A stretch of DNA of 64,000 nucleotides from an uncultured Acidobacteriota bacterium (lineage in GTDB: Bacteria; Actinomycetota; Acidimicrobiia; Spongiisociales; ZC4RG35), in the NCBI GenBank assembly GCA_963725075.1, contig CAVRXA010000019.1, forward strand, positions 5,825 to 69,824. Reading direction: 5' to 3'. Below are positions 9,257-17,845 of the stretch, in pieces. The notes beneath the pieces were generated by a model that worked only from the letters and a program-made list of their open reading frames with translations, was not told the DNA's origin and did no database searches. Positions within the stretch are counted from its first letter, which is position 1; each line of letters begins with the position of its first letter. Made by a program: the position numbers and the translations under genes.

Positions 9257-10674
9257 GACCGCCCCCGTTGCGCGAGGACCCATGTGTCCTTGGACCCGCC
9301 GCCCTGTGAGGAGTTGACGATGAGGGACCCCTTCCGCATCGCCACCCGGGTCAGACCGCCCGGCACTACCTCGATCCTGTCGCCGCTGAGCACGAATGGG
9401 CGCAGGTCGACGTGGCGGGGCTCGAGATGACCGTCGACGAAAGTGGGATGGGTGGAGAGCTGGACGATCTCCTGGGCGATGTATCCCCTCGGGTTGGCGT
9501 GGAGCGCGGCGGCGGTTGCGGCCAGGGTCGCCTCGTCGGCCACGCTGCCGATCACGATGCCGTAGCCGCCCGCTTCGGCCACCGGCTTGACCACGAGCTG
9601 GTCGAGGCGGCCCAGGATCAGCTCGAGCTGGTCGGGCTCCCAGGGGAGATAGGTGGTGACGTTGGGGAGGATCGGTTCCTCGCCCAGGTAGTACTCGATG
9701 AGGGCGGGGATGTAGGGATAGACCCCTTTGTCGTCGACCGCCCCGTTGCCGATGGCGTTGGCGATGGTCACCGCCCCCGCCCGTGCCGCCCCGTGGAGCC
9801 CGGGGACGCCGAGCAGGCTGTCCTGGCGGAAGACGACCGGGTCGAGGAACTCGTCGTTGACCCGGCGGTAGATCACGTCGACACGCTTGAGGCCCTTGGT
9901 GGTGCGCATGAAGACCTGGCGATCGTCGACCAGGAGATCTCGGCCCTCCACCAGTTCGATGCCCATCTGCCGGGCGAGGAAGGCGTGCTCGAAATAGGCC
10001 GAGTTGGCCACTCCCGGGGTGAGGACGACAACCGTGGGATCGTCGGCAGTTGGTGGGGCGATGGCGCGCAGGGCTCGGAGAAGCGAGGCCCCGTAGTGGT
10101 CCACTGGCCGGATGACGTGGCTGGCGAAACCGACCGGGAGGATCCGGGTCATCGCCACCCTGTTCTCCAGGACGTAGGAGATCCCACTCGGCACCCGCAG
10201 GTTGTCTTCGAGCACCCGATAGGTGCCCTGGTCGTCGCGCACGATGTCGATTCCGGCGACCACGCAACGAGAGCCCCGTGGAGCGGGGATACCGTGGGCC
10301 TCCCGAACGTATCCGTCCGCCGACTCGACCAGCCAGCGGGGGATGATGCCGTCGTTGATCGCCTGCTGGCCGCCGACGTAGAGGTCGTCGAGGAAGCGGT
10401 TGAGGATGGTTACCCGCTGGACGAGCCCGGCTTCGATGTGGCTCCACTCGTCGGGCGGGATGATCCGTGGCACCAGGTCCATCGGCCAGGTGCGCTCGAG
10501 ACCGCCCTCGTGTCCGCTGACAGCGAAGGTGATGCCGAGGGTGCGGAAGAAGGAGTCGAGCAGCCCGAGGCGGTCGCTGAGCTCGGCGTCACCGATCTCG
10601 GCGAGGCGATTCATCAACACCTCGTAGTGAGGACGTACCCCGTCGGGGCCGTGAACCTCGTCGAAGCTGCCCAT
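9172..10674 (-). CDS. Circularly permuted ATP-grasp type 2 protein (DUF404/DUF407). The 3' end is uncertain and may run on through an indel.
   Basis: 500 aa. The conserved family tail ...NSSQGGGSKDTWVL is followed by about 30 low-complexity residues (AQRGRSCCHDTLKTSSGS...). These overlap the alpha-E start by 85 nt and are probably a run-on. Confidence 0.7.
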   Translation of the reverse strand: MGSFDEVHGPDGVRPHYEVLMNRLAEIGDAELSDRLGLLDSFFRTLGITFAVSGHEGGLERTWPMDLVPRIIPPDEWSHIEAGLVQRVTILNRFLDDLYVGGQQAINDGIIPRWLVESADGYVREAHGIPAPRGSRCVVAGIDIVRDDQGTYRVLEDNLRVPSGISYVLENRVAMTRILPVGFASHVIRPVDHYGASLLRALRAIAPPTADDPTVVVLTPGVANSAYFEHAFLARQMGIELVEGRDLLVDDRQVFMRTTKGLKRVDVIYRRVNDEFLDPVVFRQDSLLGVPGLHGAARAGAVTIANAIGNGAVDDKGVYPYIPALIEYYLGEEPILPNVTTYLPWEPDQLELILGRLDQLVVKPVAEAGGYGIVIGSVADEATLAATAAALHANPRGYIAQEIVQLSTHPTFVDGHLEPRHVDLRPFVLSGDRIEVVPGGLTRVAMRKGSLIVNSSQGGGSKDTWVLAQRGRSCCHDTLKTSSGSAAMSSGPKTQPACSM

Positions 10675-10699
10675 CGGCGAAGTGTATTGACGGGCGTTT

Positions 10700-10733
10700 C
10701 CTCCCCCGAAGGGGAGGTGTCGCCGCAGGCGAC
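10700..10733. terminator. Two tandem GC hairpins: CCTCCCC-cgaa-GGGGAGG (10700-10717) and GTCGCC-gca-GGCGAC (10719-10733)
   Basis: Seen in the sequence. They lie between the stop of the minus-strand 125-aa gene at 10747 and the ATP-grasp start at 10674. This is a candidate terminator, or an attenuator of the triad operon. Confidence 0.4.
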
Positions 10734-10746
10734 GGAGGGGGTCTTC

Positions 10747-11124
10747 TCAGACGTGACCGAGCGGGTGGCCGGTGTCGGCCCTGACCTCGGTCCCGCACAG
10801 CTGGCAGTTGCGCAGACCCGGCGCCACCTTCGACTGGCATGACGGGCATTCGACGATGAGCTCGCGGACCCGGTCGTCATCGACGCCGTCCTGGAGGTCG
10901 AGTTCGTTGATCTTCTCCATGAGCCGCTCCGGGGTGATCCCCTGCTCCTCGAGGAGGGCGAGTGTCGCCCGCATGATCATGACCAGGCGGTCGATGCGCT
11001 CGTTGAGGTCTTCGATCCGGTTGGTGTGGTGGGTGCCGTCGGCGACGGCGGCACTTCGCGCCAATGAGGCGGCCCGGGTGGCCGAAGACTGGCCCATGCT
11101 GTAACCGAGATAGAACTCGAGCAT
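10747..11124 (-). CDS. Hypothetical coiled-coil protein with C-terminal zinc ribbon (CPSC...CQLC)
   Basis: The ORF frame from the internal Met MLEFYLGY is about 125 aa, D/E/L/R-rich with two CxxC pairs near the C-terminus. The overlapping plus-strand ORF is S/R junk. Confidence 0.45.
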   Translation of the reverse strand: MLEFYLGYSMGQSSATRAASLARSAAVADGTHHTNRIEDLNERIDRLVMIMRATLALLEEQGITPERLMEKINELDLQDGVDDDRVRELIVECPSCQSKVAPGLRNCQLCGTEVRADTGHPLGHV

Positions 11125-11231
11125 GCTCAGATATCGGCCGGCACAACGATTTGGTGAAGAGCCGAACCGAGCCCATTCCAACCAATCCCAGGATGCCGTA
11201 GGCTCACCTCGAGTAACGAAGAGGACGACAG

Positions 11232-11450
11232 ATGGCTGAGGACTACCCCCCGATCCTCGACGCGGCGCAGGTAGCGGAGTTGCTGGGAATGAACGTGCAG
11301 ATGGTCAGGCGATACGCCAGGGAGGGGAGGTTGCCCGCCTACAAGCTCCCCGGTGGCCGGACCTTCAAGTTCTTCCGGGACGAGATATATGAGTTCGTCC
11401 GGGCTCACCCGGTGACCGCGGAGACCAACGATGTCAGAAGCGAGATGTAG
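11232..11450 (+). CDS. Helix-turn-helix DNA-binding protein, excisionase/Xis (MerR-like) family
   Basis: 72 aa. The segment AAQVAELLGMNVQMVRRYAREGRLPAYKLPGGRTFKFFRDEIYEFV matches the excisionase-family HTH. It is divergent from the zinc-ribbon gene. Confidence 0.6.
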   Translation: MAEDYPPILDAAQVAELLGMNVQMVRRYAREGRLPAYKLPGGRTFKFFRDEIYEFVRAHPVTAETNDVRSEM

Positions 11451-11964
11451 AGCGGATCACGGCGACGATCTGTCGGAGCGGAACGACGATCGTGTTCCCG
11501 TCCTGGGTCAGTTCGATGTGATCGGTGGCCACCACATCGATCGACCCGACGATGGCCCTCCCATCGACAACGACCATTCGCACCGACTCCGTCGCCGCCG
11601 CGATTTCGGCGAGCCGGGCCCGGAAGGTGAGTTTGTCGCCGCTCTGCTCGTTGCCACCGGTCTCGCTGCGTTCCACTGTCCAAACCGCCGAATCGAGGAC
11701 TACCTCGACTCTGTCGTCGCCCCGATCGATACTGGCGAAGTCCGCGCCGGCGTACACGACGCGGCCGGAGAAAGTCTGTGCTCCAGTCTCAGCACGCACT
11801 CGCTCCCCGCGGTGAACCAGCTCGAGGACGCGCCCGGAAAGGTCCAGCCGCCGCCTCCGAAGCAGCTCAGTGAGATTTTCGTCCTCGGCAGCCTCCTCCA
11901 ACCACTCCCTCCCGGCCCCCTGGCGAAGGTGAGACTCCACATCCCGATCCGGCGTTTGTTCCAT
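11434..11964 (-). CDS. Hypothetical protein of 176 aa
   Basis: Long ORF with protein-like composition and no recognisable motif. It is convergent with the HTH gene and divergent from cpaB. Confidence 0.4.
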   Translation of the reverse strand: MEQTPDRDVESHLRQGAGREWLEEAAEDENLTELLRRRRLDLSGRVLELVHRGERVRAETGAQTFSGRVVYAGADFASIDRGDDRVEVVLDSAVWTVERSETGGNEQSGDKLTFRARLAEIAAATESVRMVVVDGRAIVGSIDVVATDHIELTQDGNTIVVPLRQIVAVIRSTSRF

Positions 11965-12036
11965 CTACTTTCGCGCTCTCGACATCGACCGCAGGTTCGA
12001 CGATAGGTTCACACTAAGGAAATAGGTTCACACCAA

Positions 12037-12717
12037 GTGGACACGAGTCCCTCCGTGATCACGAGGGAAGCGGGCACCTCGGCACCGACCGTCCGGTCGG
12101 CTCGCTATCGACCGTCTCTGTCTCATATTGCGATCGCATCCGCTGTCGTCCTTGCCTTCGTCCTCAACTATCTCGCTCTTCAGAGCCGGGACGCCACGAC
12201 TTTGGTCGCCATTGCCGACTCTTCGATTGCGGCCGGCTCTCCTCTTACGCCGGACATCGTTCGACTTGTTCCACTATCGGCTGACTTCGAGGGTCTCGAC
12301 CACTTAGTGGGGGAGTCCGATCTCGAGGATCTCGAAGGATGGATCGTCGGCCGGTCGGTCCGCGAGGGGGAGCTGATCGATCGGTCCCTCGTCATACGGC
12401 CCGGCGCCGGCGACGGGCTGCGCACGATGAGCATCCCGGTCGCGGCCGAGCACGCCGCCGGAGCGACATTGGTCATCGGGGATCGCGTGGATGTCATTGC
12501 GATGGTCGGCGAGGAGCCGGTGTTTGTGGCCAGCGACCTCGAAGTGGTCAGCATTGCCGACACGACGCAAACCGGATTGTCGGCCACCGGCCCCTATCAC
12601 GTCGTCGTTGGGGTGAGCCCTGAACAGGCACTGGCGCTGGCCCGGGCTATCGCGGACGGGTCTCTGGAGATTCTCCGGTCCACGGGTGCCGATGTCCTCG
12701 AGGAGGCACAAGGTTGA
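12037..12717 (+). CDS. cpaB: Flp pilus assembly protein CpaB (RcpC), SAF-domain
   Basis: N-terminal TM helix followed by SAF-like beta-rich domains. It is the first gene of the tad operon, and its stop overlaps the tadZ start as TTGA. Confidence 0.65.
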   Translation: MDTSPSVITREAGTSAPTVRSARYRPSLSHIAIASAVVLAFVLNYLALQSRDATTLVAIADSSIAAGSPLTPDIVRLVPLSADFEGLDHLVGESDLEDLEGWIVGRSVREGELIDRSLVIRPGAGDGLRTMSIPVAAEHAAGATLVIGDRVDVIAMVGEEPVFVASDLEVVSIADTTQTGLSATGPYHVVVGVSPEQALALARAIADGSLEILRSTGADVLEEAQG

Positions 12718-13814
12718 ATACCGGACCCGAGTTGGCTCTCGCCGCCTCTGCCCGAGCGTGGCCGGACCGTCTCCACCGGTTCCTGATCGACCACGGTGGA
12801 GGGAGAGTCCGCTCACGGGTCATGGGCCCGGAACAGGCGGTGACGGATCAGTACGAGGTCTTGTTCATCGACGATGTCTGCTCGTTCCTGACTCCCCGTC
12901 TGGTCCGAAGCGTCCGGGAAATGGGACGGGAGATTGTCGGGGTGTACGACCCGGTGGATGCTCCCGACGCCAAGCGGCATCTCCTCGAGTGCGGTATCAC
13001 CGACGTGATCGAAGAGGGTGCGGCCCCAGACGAGTTCCTGGCCTCGGCCCAAGCCACCCTGCTCCACCGAGGTGCGCCCTCGCCGGCGGCCGTGCCTGCG
13101 CCTCGTTCCTTTCGTGTCGGCGTGCTCGGGCCTATTGGTGGGGTGGGCTGCACCGAGATAGCGATCGGGCTTGCCACGAGCCTCTCCTTCTCCCGACCCA
13201 CGCTTCTCGTCGACCTGGACGAGAGGACGCCGTCCGTGGCGCAGCGCCTCGATCTCCCTGTCCATCCGAACCTCCTCACCGCACTCGAGGCGGCCCATCA
13301 CGCCTCCGGTTCGGTCACCGAGGCGGTTCTCGACCATGACTCGGTCGACGTGATCGGTGGCCTGGCCAACACGATGTCGGCATACGACATCCCACCCGTG
13401 GAGATCGAAGGGATCTTCGACGAAATCGGAAAGGCCGGCTACGAAGTGGTGATAGCCGATCTGGGAAGCCCGCGTTCTGATCGCCTCGATCACGTCCGAT
13501 TCCATGCCTTGATCGTCGTCGGCCTGGGAAATCCGGTGGGCATGGCACGGTTGGTCCGATCCGTTCGAGAACTGTCCACAAGGACTGACACGCCTGACAC
13601 GGTGGCCCTGGTCAACCGTGTCGCCACCGGGAGTCGCCGCCGTCTGGAGATAAGGGCGGAGATGGCCCGTCTGCTTCCGGCGATGCCGGTCATCCTGGTC
13701 CCCGAAGACAGTCGCCTCGAGCGTGCGTCGTGGGATGGGACCCGTCTCGGACGAGGTCCCTTCGTCAAATCGGTGGGTCGTGTGGCGTCCCTGATCGATC
13801 GGGCGGCGGAGTGA
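12714..13814 (+). CDS. tadZ: TadZ/CpaE-like pilus assembly protein: receiver-like N-domain plus ParA/MinD-like domain with a degenerate Walker A (GPIGGVGCTE, no lysine)
   Basis: Domain order and position between cpaB and tadA. The Walker A shows Lys-to-Cys and Thr-to-Glu substitutions. Its stop overlaps the tadA start as GTGA. Confidence 0.6.
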   Translation: MNTGPELALAASARAWPDRLHRFLIDHGGGRVRSRVMGPEQAVTDQYEVLFIDDVCSFLTPRLVRSVREMGREIVGVYDPVDAPDAKRHLLECGITDVIEEGAAPDEFLASAQATLLHRGAPSPAAVPAPRSFRVGVLGPIGGVGCTEIAIGLATSLSFSRPTLLVDLDERTPSVAQRLDLPVHPNLLTALEAAHHASGSVTEAVLDHDSVDVIGGLANTMSAYDIPPVEIEGIFDEIGKAGYEVVIADLGSPRSDRLDHVRFHALIVVGLGNPVGMARLVRSVRELSTRTDTPDTVALVNRVATGSRRRLEIRAEMARLLPAMPVILVPEDSRLERASWDGTRLGRGPFVKSVGRVASLIDRAAE

Positions 13815-15083
13815 CGGTCGACGCCTATCGCGAGATAAGGACGACGAGCCCTCGAGAAGATCGACGGCTCGGGACTCGACCCGCAGCGCGATACCGCTCG
13901 GCTCGTCGAGCTGCTGCGGGCCACAGTCGACGACTATCAGCGACACGCACATTTGGGTGAGACCCGGTCACTGGCAGACCCCGATGCCACCGTGCGCCGC
14001 CTGCTCCAATCGGTGTCCTACTTCGGACCGCTGGGCGATCTCCTCGATCGCGACGACGTCGAGGAGATCTTCATCGAAGGTGAGAGAGTCACATTTCTCG
14101 AAGCCGGGGGTCGGCTTCGAGGGCTGGACGTGCCCAGCTCCGAGTCGGAGAATCGCCAGGTTATCGAGCGGTTGATGGCAGCCACCGATCGACGGCTCGA
14201 TGCGTCTCACCCGGTCTCCCAGGCGCGCATCCTCGATGGGTCGGCCCGTCTGACAGCGGTGATCCCGCCGGTGTCAGACCATCTTTCCGCCACCATCCGC
14301 CGCTACGCGCTTCGGAAAGAGACTCTCGCCTCGTTGGTCGAGCTCGGGTCGTTGACGCCCGGTGCAGCGGATTTCCTCGGCCTCGCCATGCGCTCATCTA
14401 CTTCCGTGATCGTGAGCGGCCCACCCGGAGCCGGCAAGACCTCGTTCCTCTCTGCGCTGATCGCCGCCGTCCCGTCCGATCACTGTGTCCGGGCATGCGA
14501 GGAGATCCGGGAACTGCATGTCCCGATCGTCCACGGGTCCTATTACGAGGCCCGGCCTCCATCGTTAGACGGCGGCGGGGAAATCAGTCTGCGACAACTG
14601 GTCAAGGCCACGCTGGCGATGCGCCCCGACCTGATAGTGGTCGGCGAGGTGAGGGGAGGAGAAGCCTTCGAGTTGACCCGCGCCGTAAACGCAGGGTGCG
14701 GTCTTGCCTGCACTGTCCATGCCAATTCGGCACCGGACGCCCTCGATGCCCTGGTGAATGCTGCCTTGATGGCCGGGGAGAACGTCCCGGAGCGGGTGGT
14801 GCGCAAGGTTTTCGCTTCCTCGATCGATTTGGTGATCCATCTCGAGCGAGATATCGAACCGAAGGGCGGCGGCATCCGCCGCCAAACGATGGAGATCCGA
14901 GCTCTGGTCCCGTCCCTTCACGAGGACTTCTCATCCGAGTCCTTGTTCCGGCGAGATCGACTCGGTGGGCCACTCGAATGGACGGGCTCGATGCCGCCGC
15001 AGTCCCTCGTTCGGCGTCTCGAGCGTGCGTTGCCCGGAGGGGCCAACCTGGCCCAGGTGCTGGAGGGAGGTGCGAGTTGGTGA
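13811..15083 (+). pseudogene. tadA: Tad secretion ATPase TadA/CpaF. The frame is broken near 13838-13850, about 10 codons into the gene.
   Basis: ORF 13953..15083 has Walker A GPPGAGKTS and the T2SS/T4SS ATPase family. The same frame upstream reads RRALEKIDGSGLDPQRDTARLVELLRATVDDYQ (a typical CpaF N-terminus) up to a stop at 13836. A GTG at 13811, coupled to the tadZ stop, opens the adjacent frame (VTVDAYREIRTT). This implies a 1-nt indel around 13840. Confidence 0.8.
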
Positions 15084-15943
15084 CACTCGCCGCGGCCGTG
15101 GCCACCTCCGTGGCAGTGGCGCTCGTTCTCAGATGGGTGGTGGTAGGTGTCAGGTATCCGAGCCGGCCTAAGCCCAAGAAGACGGGCTGGCTGAAGGAAT
15201 CCGGGCTCGACGTGACCCCCGGACAGTTCTGGCTTGCCTCACTTGGCGCCGGGCTAGGCACGTACGCAGTCGTTTTCGCTCTGACAGCCCTTCCAATCGT
15301 CTCGCTGATGCCCTCCGTGGTCGTGGCGACTCTGCCCAAGGCGTATTTCTCTCGAAAGCGGTCGCAGCGGCTCGACGAGGTGCAACGGGCGTGGCCGGAC
15401 GGGCTCCGGGATCTCCTGGCGTCGGTCAGATCGGGGGCGTCGCTTCCGACCGCCATCGAGGGTCTCGCTTCGTTCGGGCCGCTGCCCCTCCGGGACGCCT
15501 TTCGGGGTTTCTCGGTGTACTCGCACAGTCTTGGCGTCGTGCCCGCGCTCGAGATGATCAAATCCGATCTGGCCGACCCGACCTCCGACCGAGTCATCGA
15601 AGTGCTGATCCTCGCCTATGAGCGCGGGGGCACGGTCGTCCCCGAGATCCTCTCCGATCTGGCTGATGCGACGACCAAGGATCTGTGGACCCTGGAAGAG
15701 ATCCGAACCGATGCGCTCGAACAGAAGATCAATTCACGCATCGTCTTCATCCTCCCTTGGCTCGTGCTGGTGGCCATGACCGCCAGGGCCGGGCCCTTTC
15801 GCGAGTTCTATGCGTCGCCGATGGGTGTCCTGGTCGCCGTCATCGGCGGGGTTATGAGCGTGATCGGGGTGGTCATTGCCTCGAGGCTCGGTGCTCAGCC
15901 GGCAGAGCCGAGGGTGTTCGTTTCGGCGCGGGGTGGGGAGTGA
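15080..15943 (+). CDS. tadB: Tad pilus inner-membrane protein TadB (T2SS F family)
   Basis: GspF-like domain with TM segments. The GTG start at 15080 overlaps the tadA TGA. The upstream part of ORF 14495..15943 is antisense junk. Confidence 0.75.
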   Translation: MTLAAAVATSVAVALVLRWVVVGVRYPSRPKPKKTGWLKESGLDVTPGQFWLASLGAGLGTYAVVFALTALPIVSLMPSVVVATLPKAYFSRKRSQRLDEVQRAWPDGLRDLLASVRSGASLPTAIEGLASFGPLPLRDAFRGFSVYSHSLGVVPALEMIKSDLADPTSDRVIEVLILAYERGGTVVPEILSDLADATTKDLWTLEEIRTDALEQKINSRIVFILPWLVLVAMTARAGPFREFYASPMGVLVAVIGGVMSVIGVVIASRLGAQPAEPRVFVSARGGE

Positions 15944-16866
15944 CGGTCACACCAGTCGTACTGGTCGCGGCCGGAGCCACCGCCCTAGCTGCCGGGATGG
16001 CGGTGTACGCCCTGTTTCCCCCGGCACGCAGCCTCGCCTCCAGAATCAATCCCTATCTGCGCCCCTCCGCCATGTCGTCTCAGCGCCCGACGGCGGCCGG
16101 CCCGCTTGCCGCCGTCTTCGGGCCGATGCTCAGCTCGATGGCGGCCTCGGTAGGTCGGGTGCTGGAGAGGTCCGGGGAGAGCGTGACGATTCTCGAGCTC
16201 CGCCAGGCCGGCTGGTACCGCGACGTGCCAGAGGAAGACACGGTGCAAGCGTTTCGCATGGCTCAGCTTCGGACGATCGCGATTGCGTCGGGGCTGGCAT
16301 TCCTCGTCGGGGTAGTGCTGGGCTCCTCTCCTGTCCAGCGCATCGTGCTCCTGGTTCTCGGCATCGTGATCGGGGCGAGTCGACAGAGGGCATCCCTGCA
16401 CTCGGCCATCGAGCGAAGGCGAGAGAGGATGTGCATCGAGATCTACACCGTGAACCAGCTCCTCGCCATGCGAGTCCGAGCCGGGGGTGGCGTGGTCCAT
16501 GCCGTCCAGGACGTGGTGCACCGCGGTGAGGGGGAGGTGATCGCCGAGCTGGCAGACGCGCTCCGCTTGCACCGGTCGGGATGGCGTGCGGCCGATGCTT
16601 TTCGGAGGATCGCCGAGTTGACTCCGGAGCCTTTCTGCGGCCGCACCTATCGACTCTTGGCGACCGCCGAGGAACGGGGGGCCGATCTGGCGCCGGCTCT
16701 TCTCGATCTGGCGGAGGACGTTCGGGAGACCCGACGCGAGACGATGCGGAGATCGGCGACGAAGCGCAGGGCGGCGATGCTGGTGCCAACCATCGCCATC
16801 CTGGCCCCGGTCCTCTTGCTCTTCGTGGCGGCGCCTCTGCCTTATCTGATCACCGGCTGGCGATGA
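15940..16866 (+). CDS. tadC: Tad pilus inner-membrane protein TadC (T2SS F family)
   Basis: Second GspF-domain protein. The GTG at 15940 overlaps the tadB TGA. Confidence 0.75.
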   Translation: MTVTPVVLVAAGATALAAGMAVYALFPPARSLASRINPYLRPSAMSSQRPTAAGPLAAVFGPMLSSMAASVGRVLERSGESVTILELRQAGWYRDVPEEDTVQAFRMAQLRTIAIASGLAFLVGVVLGSSPVQRIVLLVLGIVIGASRQRASLHSAIERRRERMCIEIYTVNQLLAMRVRAGGGVVHAVQDVVHRGEGEVIAELADALRLHRSGWRAADAFRRIAELTPEPFCGRTYRLLATAEERGADLAPALLDLAEDVRETRRETMRRSATKRRAAMLVPTIAILAPVLLLFVAAPLPYLITGWR

Positions 16867-16878
16867 AAGGAGGTTGAG

Positions 16879-17058
16879 ATGCTGGCCCTCAAGAAATGGC
16901 TCCATGACGTGTGGGGCGACGACCGGGGCCTGAACACGGCCGAGCTCATGGGGAATGCCGCCCTGGCGATTGCCGCACTCGTGGTGATCTGGGGCGCGCT
17001 CCAGGCTCTTGGCGTGGACATCGTCGGGTGGATCCGCTCACAGCTGATCGGAGGCTGA
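16879..17058 (+). CDS. flp: Flp/Fap family type IVb pilin, 59 aa. Not in the ORF track.
   Basis: Hand translation gives MLALKKWLHDVWGDDRGLNTAELMGNAALAIAALVVIWGALQALGVDIVGWIRSQLIGG. An AGGAGG ribosome-binding site sits at 16868-16873, 5 nt before the ATG. The Flp motif G/LNTAE has Glu at +5 after the cleavage Gly, followed by a hydrophobic stretch. It is located between tadC and the tadE genes. Confidence 0.7.
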   Translation: MLALKKWLHDVWGDDRGLNTAELMGNAALAIAALVVIWGALQALGVDIVGWIRSQLIGG

Positions 17059-17420
17059 GCGAGCGGGGGATCTCCTCGGTCCAGTTCCTTCTCGCAAGCG
17101 GGCTTGGAATGCTCCTGTTCCTGGCCCTGGCCAATCTCGTCGTCGTCCAGTACGGACGGGGTGCTCTCCGGTCCGCTCTCGACCAAGGTGCCCGGGCCGG
17201 CTCGGTCAGCTCGTCGGAGGAGGAATGTCGGAAGAGGGTCGAGGACGTCTTGGGCCAGCTGCTGGGAGGCCGCATGGGCGACTCAATCGTGACATCTTGC
17301 GCGGTGGGGCCCGCGGTGGTGACGGCGTCCGCCAGCGCAGTGTTCATCTCTTGGACCCCGTTCGCTCCTGACTTCGTGATCGAGATGACGGCACAGGCCA
17401 CGAGAGAGGTGCCGCCGTGA
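17055..17420 (+). CDS. tadE: TadE-like pseudopilin (start codon uncertain)
   Basis: Begins SERGISSVQFLLASGLGMLLFLALANLVVVQYGRG, matching the TadE N-terminal motif. No canonical start lies between the flp stop and this motif, so the start is either a CTG at 17055 or lost to an indel. Confidence 0.55.
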   Translation: MSERGISSVQFLLASGLGMLLFLALANLVVVQYGRGALRSALDQGARAGSVSSSEEECRKRVEDVLGQLLGGRMGDSIVTSCAVGPAVVTASASAVFISWTPFAPDFVIEMTAQATREVPP

Positions 17421-17845
17421 GCGATCGGGGTCACGCGGCCGTGGAGTTGGGCCTGGCGGTCGGAGTTCTCCTGTTGCCGGTGGCACTCGCCGTGCTGGCG
17501 TTCGGGCCTTGGTCTGAGCGCCGGGTGTTTGCCGAGGCAGCGGCTGCGGAAGCGGTGCGTGCTGCGGTGATCCAACTCGACACCTCCGCCGGGAGCCAGG
17601 TGGTGATGGACATGGCGGCCAACCACGGGCTTGGACCCGACTTGGTTCGCCTGACATGGTGCGGAGCCGCTGGGTCTGGCCGAGGTGACGCGGTCGAAAA
17701 CTGCGTTTTCGACCGCGGGTCGGTCGTGGCCGCCGAGGTCGAAGTCTGGGTTCCCTTGATCGCAACGCCATGGGGCGAAGTGGGGGGACTGTGGGTCGGA
17801 GCCGCCCACTCGGAGCTGGTCGATCTGTACCGGAGTCTCCCGTGA
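17417..17845 (+). CDS. TadE/TadG-like pseudopilin
   Basis: Begins DRGHAAVELGLAVGVLLLPVALAVLAFG. Its GTG start overlaps the upstream TGA as GTGA. Confidence 0.55.
   Translation: MSDRGHAAVELGLAVGVLLLPVALAVLAFGPWSERRVFAEAAAAEAVRAAVIQLDTSAGSQVVMDMAANHGLGPDLVRLTWCGAAGSGRGDAVENCVFDRGSVVAAEVEVWVPLIATPWGEVGGLWVGAAHSELVDLYRSLP

Noticed and set aside
8321-10842. Long plus-strand ORFs 8321..9250 and 9412..10842
   Set aside because: They are antisense to the alpha-E and ATP-grasp genes, both of which have strong family signatures. They are G/D/V/E-rich shadow frames.
14495-15079. First 195 codons of ORF 14495..15943
   Set aside because: They overlap tadA out of frame with an R/G-rich sequence. The genuine tadB starts at the GTG at 15080, coupled to the tadA stop.
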